DNA of 64,000 nucleotides from Escherichia coli (GTDB lineage Bacteria; Pseudomonadota; Gammaproteobacteria; Enterobacterales; Enterobacteriaceae): NCBI RefSeq assembly GCF_036507355.1, contig NZ_AP027877.1; one strand, 5' to 3'. Shown piece by piece: positions 59,794 to 64,000 of this stretch (position 1 is its first letter; each line of letters starts with the position of its first letter). The notes under the pieces were generated by a model. It saw only the letters and a program-made list of their open reading frames with translations, ran no database searches and was not told where the DNA came from. The position numbers and the translations under genes were made by a program.

Positions 59794-60220
59794 TTTTCAA
59801 CGGAATGTCAGGCTGCGGCGTGCTGGGCTGATTCAGCATGTCGCCGTTTCTCCTCTCCGGCAGCATATGCTGCTGATTCAACGAACTATCCGGATTACGG
59901 TTGCTGTTTAACATCCCGCCGTTGGTGTTGGGCAGCATTTGCTGCCGGGCGGGATTTCGCTCCCCCGGCTGTGACTGCAACACCCGCTGAGAATTATTGT
60001 TTATCTGGTTTTCTAAATGCTGCTGTTGCAACTGAGTTTGCGTTTTCAGTTGCTGATTCAGCATCCCTTTTTGCTGGATTTGCTGCGTTTGCATTTGGGT
60101 TTGCATCCGCTGCTGACTGGGGATCTGATACCCCGGCTGGTTAGGGTTATTCAGAGTATTAATGGGCTGTGCAAAGCCGACAAACGGCAGGAGTGCCGTA
60201 AGAATCAGAAGTCGTTTCAT
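59780..60220 (-). CDS. yhhA: Gln-rich secreted protein (DUF2756)
   Basis: 146-aa ORF with signal peptide and Q/N-rich low-complexity body. Confidence 0.8.
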
Positions 60221-60339
60221 CGCGTATCCTCCTCTGAAGATATTCTTTAAGTTTACTCCTTTCCTGCAATCATCAGGATTAATTCAGAGTTATATACCAG
60301 GCTTAGCTGGGGTTGCCCCTTAATCTCTGGAGAATAACG

Positions 60340-62085
60340 ATGATAAAACCGACGTTTTTACGCCGGGTGGCCATTGCTGCTCTGTTCACAGGAAGTTGTT
60401 TTAGTACGGTAGCCGCGCCACCTGCGCCGTCTCCTGTTTCTTACGGCGTGGAGGAAGATGTCTTTCATCCGGTACGCGCGAAACAGGGGATGGTGGCGTC
60501 TGTCGATGCTACTGCCACTCAGGTGGGGGTGGATATCCTCAAGGAGGGCGGGAATGCCGTTGATGCCGCCGTGGCTGTGGGCTACGCGCTGGCGGTAACG
60601 CATCCGCAGGCAGGGAATCTGGGCGGTGGTGGTTTTATGCTGATCCGCTCGAAAAATGGCAATACCACCGCTATCGATTTCCGCGAAATGGCACCCGCCA
60701 AAGCGACCCGCGATATGTTCCTTGATGACCAGGGCAACCCGGACAGCAAAAAATCACTCACTTCGCATCTGGCTTCCGGCACGCCCGGTACGGTCGCTGG
60801 TTTCTCGCTGGCGTTGGATAAATACGGCACAATGCCGTTGAACAAAGTGGTGCAGCCAGCGTTTAAACTGGCACGCGATGGTTTTATCGTTAACGACGCA
60901 CTGGCTGACGATCTCAAAACCTACGGGAGCGAAGTGCTGCCGAATCACGAAAACAGCAAGGCTATCTTCTGGAAAGAGGGCGAGCCGCTGAAAAAGGGCG
61001 ACAAGCTGGTGCAGGCGAACCTGGCAAAGAGCCTGGAGATGATTGCCGAAAACGGCCCGGACGAATTCTACAAAGGCACGATAGCGGAACAGATTGCCCA
61101 GGAGATGCAGAAAAACGGTGGCCTGATCACTAAAGAAGATTTAGCGGCGTATAAAGCGGTCGAACGCACACCGATAAGCGGCGATTATCGCGGGTATCAG
61201 GTTTACTCCATGCCACCGCCATCCTCCGGCGGGATCCATATCGTACAAATCCTCAATATTCTGGAAAACTTCGATATGAAGAAATACGGTTTTGGCAGCG
61301 CCGACGCGATGCAGATCATGGCAGAAGCGGAGAAATATGCCTACGCTGACCGCTCGGAATATCTTGGCGACCCGGATTTTGTGAAAGTCCCGTGGCAGGC
61401 GCTGACCAATAAAGCCTATGCCAAATCTATTGCGGAGCAAATCGATATCAATAAAGCGAAACCGTCCAGCGAGATTCGCCCTGGCAAGCTTGCGCCTTAT
61501 GAGAGTAATCAAACTACCCATTACTCAGTGGTGGATAAAGACGGTAACGCCGTGGCGGTGACCTATACGCTGAACACCACCTTCGGTACGGGTATTGTCG
61601 CGGGCGAGAGCGGTATTCTGCTTAATAACCAGATGGATGATTTCTCCGCCAAACCGGGCGTACCGAACGTTTACGGGCTGGTGGGCGGTGATGCCAACGC
61701 GGTCGGGCCGAATAAACGCCCACTGTCGTCGATGTCACCAACCATTGTGGTGAAAGACGGTAAAACCTGGCTGGTTACCGGTAGCCCTGGCGGGAGTCGG
61801 ATTATTACCACCGTGCTGCAAATAGTGGTGAATAGCATCGATTATGGCATGAACGTCGCCGAAGCGACCAATGCGCCGCGTTTCCACCATCAGTGGTTGC
61901 CGGACGAGCTGCGTGTCGAAAAAGGGTTTAGCCCGGATACGCTCAAGCTGCTGGAAGCAAAAGGTCAGAAAGTGGCGCTGAAAGAGGCGATGGGCAGTAC
62001 ACAAAGCATTATGGTTGGGCCGGACGGTGAGTTGTACGGCGCATCCGACCCGCGCTCGGTGGATGATTTAACGGCGGGGTACTAA
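60340..62085 (+). CDS. ggt: gamma-glutamyltranspeptidase
   Basis: ORF 60313..62085; likely start MIKPTFLRRVAIAALF (signal peptide); catalytic Thr in the TTHYSVVD autoprocessing motif. Confidence 0.95.
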   Translation: MIKPTFLRRVAIAALFTGSCFSTVAAPPAPSPVSYGVEEDVFHPVRAKQGMVASVDATATQVGVDILKEGGNAVDAAVAVGYALAVTHPQAGNLGGGGFMLIRSKNGNTTAIDFREMAPAKATRDMFLDDQGNPDSKKSLTSHLASGTPGTVAGFSLALDKYGTMPLNKVVQPAFKLARDGFIVNDALADDLKTYGSEVLPNHENSKAIFWKEGEPLKKGDKLVQANLAKSLEMIAENGPDEFYKGTIAEQIAQEMQKNGGLITKEDLAAYKAVERTPISGDYRGYQVYSMPPPSSGGIHIVQILNILENFDMKKYGFGSADAMQIMAEAEKYAYADRSEYLGDPDFVKVPWQALTNKAYAKSIAEQIDINKAKPSSEIRPGKLAPYESNQTTHYSVVDKDGNAVAVTYTLNTTFGTGIVAGESGILLNNQMDDFSAKPGVPNVYGLVGGDANAVGPNKRPLSSMSPTIVVKDGKTWLVTGSPGGSRIITTVLQIVVNSIDYGMNVAEATNAPRFHHQWLPDELRVEKGFSPDTLKLLEAKGQKVALKEAMGSTQSIMVGPDGELYGASDPRSVDDLTAGY

Positions 62086-62093
62086 GGTTAGCG

Positions 62094-62123
62094 GCCCTCT
62101 TCGTGGGAAGAGGGCTATTTTGT
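62094..62123 (+). terminator. ggt intrinsic terminator
   Basis: GGCCCTCTTC-GTGG-GAAGAGGGC hairpin followed by TATTTTGT. Confidence 0.75.
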
Positions 62124-62404
62124 CAGGGCAAGCCGAAGGTAGCCTTTTTTATTTCGTAATCCTGTAGATATTCTTCCAGCGGCTTTGCCGTTCCCAGAGA
62201 ATGAATTTCACCACTGTCTTTATCAATAATAAAAGGTGCGTTACCAGCTAAGCGCGCGGCCTCATCTCCAGTTTCGAGAAATTCTCGTGCTTCGAAACAG
62301 AAATACCAGCCCTGGCTAAAGCGTCCATGTAGAGTAATGACGACCGGGAGATCTGCATCATCAAGGTAATGGTTCGCTTTCGCGAATGCGTCGTGATAAG
62401 TAAT
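62123..62404 (-). pseudogene. yrhB: yrhB-like open frame lacking a canonical start codon
   Basis: Minus-strand frame of 93 sense codons (ITYHDAFAKANHYLDDADLPVVITLHGRFSQGWYFCFEAREFLETGDEAARLAGNAPFIIDKDSGEIHSLGTAKPLEEYLQDYEIKKATFGLP) with no ATG/GTG/TTG, hence absent from the ORF track; resembles K-12 YrhB as I recall it. Confidence 0.5.
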
Positions 62405-62604
62405 TATAATTATAATAAATATTATTGTTGAGTGTTATATTATTATTCCTGTGTGATACATTGAGCAAAGGCGCGTTCATCTTCGTCAAAGATATTATTA
62501 AATGCTGGTTTTGAAAAAAGTTCATCGGATAAGATATAGTCACGAAATAAGTATCTGCTAATATTTTGTGATTTTTTTCAGAACGTCGAACGGGATTTTC
62601 TTAT

Positions 62605-62769
62605 TTAAGATATCAGAATCTTATGATTCGGGTAAAATTCTAAATAAATCAACATGTCACTAAAATCATCATAGCCATTAGCTATTTCGGCTAAAATAGA
62701 GACTACATGTCTTCGGTCCATCTCACTTAAGGAGTGTAGTTCCGTTGTAAGTTTTTCCATAGCTTGCAT
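62605..62769 (-). CDS. small hypothetical ORF (54 aa), possible orphan immunity-gene remnant
   Basis: MQAMEKLTTELHSLSEMDRRHVVSILAEIANGYDDFSDMLIYLEFYPNHKILIS read by hand on the minus strand; AT-rich context downstream of the putative immunity gene. Confidence 0.25.
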   Translation of the reverse strand: MQAMEKLTTELHSLSEMDRRHVVSILAEIANGYDDFSDMLIYLEFYPNHKILIS

Positions 62770-62854
62770 TGCTAAATTTCGAACAAGGAATTTTCTGGTG
62801 GTAATCTCTAAAAAGATGGTATGGTTTACAATGATTTTTGTTTCCTTTTGATTA

Positions 62855-63349
62855 TTATGAACAACTGTCCATGATTTCGTTTAAGAATGAAGAGAAATCA
62901 CTAAACGAACTGAATATATTTTCTGTGCCAATATTATCTCTAATTTCAAAAAAGTTACTTTTAATGTCATAAGTAAATATTGAAATGCTATCATCCCCGA
63001 TCACTAACCGTTCTTGTAGATCAGGGTTTATGAAATCATCATTATTTCTATAAAATTCATTTACGGCAAAAAGGTTTTTAACTGAAGGTTCTGGAATCGA
63101 GAGGCTAAATAATCGTAATCCATTAACTTCGAATCCATCCATTGCTCTTAAAAAAGTAAGATAATCAGGTTGATTCTTAAAAAGAATACTAACTTCATTA
63201 CATAACTTCTCCAGGCAATTAGTTGAATTAGAATTAAATTCTATTTGGATTATACTTTCAATAAATGATTCCTTGAGCGGTGCTTCAAATGGATAGTCTA
63301 AATCATTCATCATTTTTATTAATTTGTTTATTTGGGTTTTAGTCATCAT
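62855..63349 (-). CDS. putative immunity protein of the adjacent nuclease toxin (yrhA-like)
   Basis: 164-aa acidic ORF, AT-rich; its start overlaps the stop of the HNH-domain ORF by 4 bp. Confidence 0.55.
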   Translation of the reverse strand: MMTKTQINKLIKMMNDLDYPFEAPLKESFIESIIQIEFNSNSTNCLEKLCNEVSILFKNQPDYLTFLRAMDGFEVNGLRLFSLSIPEPSVKNLFAVNEFYRNNDDFINPDLQERLVIGDDSISIFTYDIKSNFFEIRDNIGTENIFSSFSDFSSFLNEIMDSCS

Positions 63350-63591
63350 TTTGTGGGTTCCATAATATTTTTCATGGGAGGATAAATTGAGCCAGATGGA
63401 ATGGCCCAGGGAGTGATTTTACTTTCACCTACTAATATTCCCTTAGCTATTCGTGATTGCATGTTAGTAAAAACTTTATGATATGGTTCGTTTTCGATTA
63501 ATACTAAATTTTCGAAATCATTAGTACCACCATCATCTAGAGATAGTTTATGGTGAACATTATAATTTAGAGGAACATAGCCCTTTCTCAT
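63346..63591 (-). CDS. HNH-type nuclease toxin domain ORF (C-terminal module of a polymorphic toxin)
   Basis: 81-aa ORF with HH, N, H motif (NVHHKLSLDDGGTNDFENLVLIENEPYHK); the frame stays open upstream to a TAA at about 63733. Confidence 0.55.
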   Translation of the reverse strand: MRKGYVPLNYNVHHKLSLDDGGTNDFENLVLIENEPYHKVFTNMQSRIAKGILVGESKITPWAIPSGSIYPPMKNIMEPTK

Positions 63592-63732
63592 TCTTAAAAG
63601 GTCTTCGGCGTTGAATCTTCCAGATGCTTCGGAGGTTTTTGCAAGTTTGATAAGAAAATTTTTTCTTACAGTTTTGTTAAACTCCTTTCGTAAGTTAGCT
63701 AAGTCTTTTGAAGGTCTCTTAATGTATATTAT

Positions 63733-64000
63733 TTATATTATGTCTATGCCATCAAGAAGTTTTTGTTGACCTCTAAGTTTGCCTAAGTAACTATTTATTT
63801 CTGTATATGTATCAACTCTAGAACGCTTTGTTAAAAGAATAGATGCTGTTGCTATCGCTATGCCCGCTGTTTTTTCATTTAGTATTTGATCATAGCCTTT
63901 GATTGCATCTCCACCCAGTTTTTCCGCAGTATCTCTGAATCCTTCAATGTTCCCATTGTATACGCCACCAGCAGCAAGTAGCCTGCCAACAGCTTTGCTG
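63733..64000 (-). CDS. 3' end of a large toxin-like ORF entering from beyond the window (partial; yhhZ-like?)
   Basis: Minus-strand frame open from the window edge to a TAA at about 63733-63735 (...GKLRGQQKLLDGIDII-stop); by my reading the same frame as the downstream HNH-domain ORF. Confidence 0.4.
   Translation of the reverse strand, partial: SKAVGRLLAAGGVYNGNIEGFRDTAEKLGGDAIKGYDQILNEKTAGIAIATASILLTKRSRVDTYTEINSYLGKLRGQQKLLDGIDII

Noticed and set aside
59800-60200. Repetitive CAG/CAA-rich DNA in yhhA
   Set aside because: Encodes the Gln-rich body of a signal-peptide-bearing protein; codon-level repetition, not a non-coding repeat.
62361-62543. 60-aa minus-strand ORF with N/Y/I-rich translation
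   Set aside because: Low-complexity product of an A/T-rich tract in a frame overlapping the yrhB-like start region; most likely non-coding.

Overview
This window reads as an Escherichia coli-type chromosomal segment covering the prlC-to-ggt region of the K-12 map, in reverse orientation relative to K-12. Gene names are assigned from recognised protein sequences and from remembered K-12 gene order; no database search was run. Core content: prlC, rsmJ, dtpB, uspA/uspB, pitA, yhiN, yhiM, yhiI-rbbA-yhhJ, nikABCDE-nikR, acpT, yhhT, yhhS, dcrB, yhhQ, tusA, zntA, yhhN/M/L, rsmD, ftsYEX, rpoH, livJ, panZ, livKHMGF, ugpBAECQ, yhhA, ggt. Accessory or unusual content: (1) an AT-rich block with two tandem paralogous large ORFs (yhiL/yhiJ-like) sharing a metallophosphoesterase-like motif set; (2) a HicA/HicB-like pair with a repeat-rich promoter, followed by a GntR-regulated PTS/kinase/aldolase operon, sitting between yhhJ and nikR where K-12 (from memory) carries the RhsB element; (3) a DUF1778/GNAT (AtaR/AtaT-like) toxin-antitoxin pair between livJ and panZ; (4) an extra 248-aa ORF between livF and ugpB; (5) an AT-rich polymorphic-toxin remnant after ggt, with an HNH-type nuclease domain ORF, an overlapping putative immunity gene, and a yrhB-like frame lacking a start codon. 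Classical regulatory sites are directly visible: sigma32 promoter of prlC, sigmaE promoter of rpoH, ZntR palindrome at zntA, NikR operator at nikA, Pho boxes at ugpB, and several intrinsic terminators. No rRNA, tRNA, CRISPR array or IS element was recognised. Motif coordinates may be off by 1-2 nt; CDS coordinates follow the supplied ORF track with start codons adjusted by residue counting.
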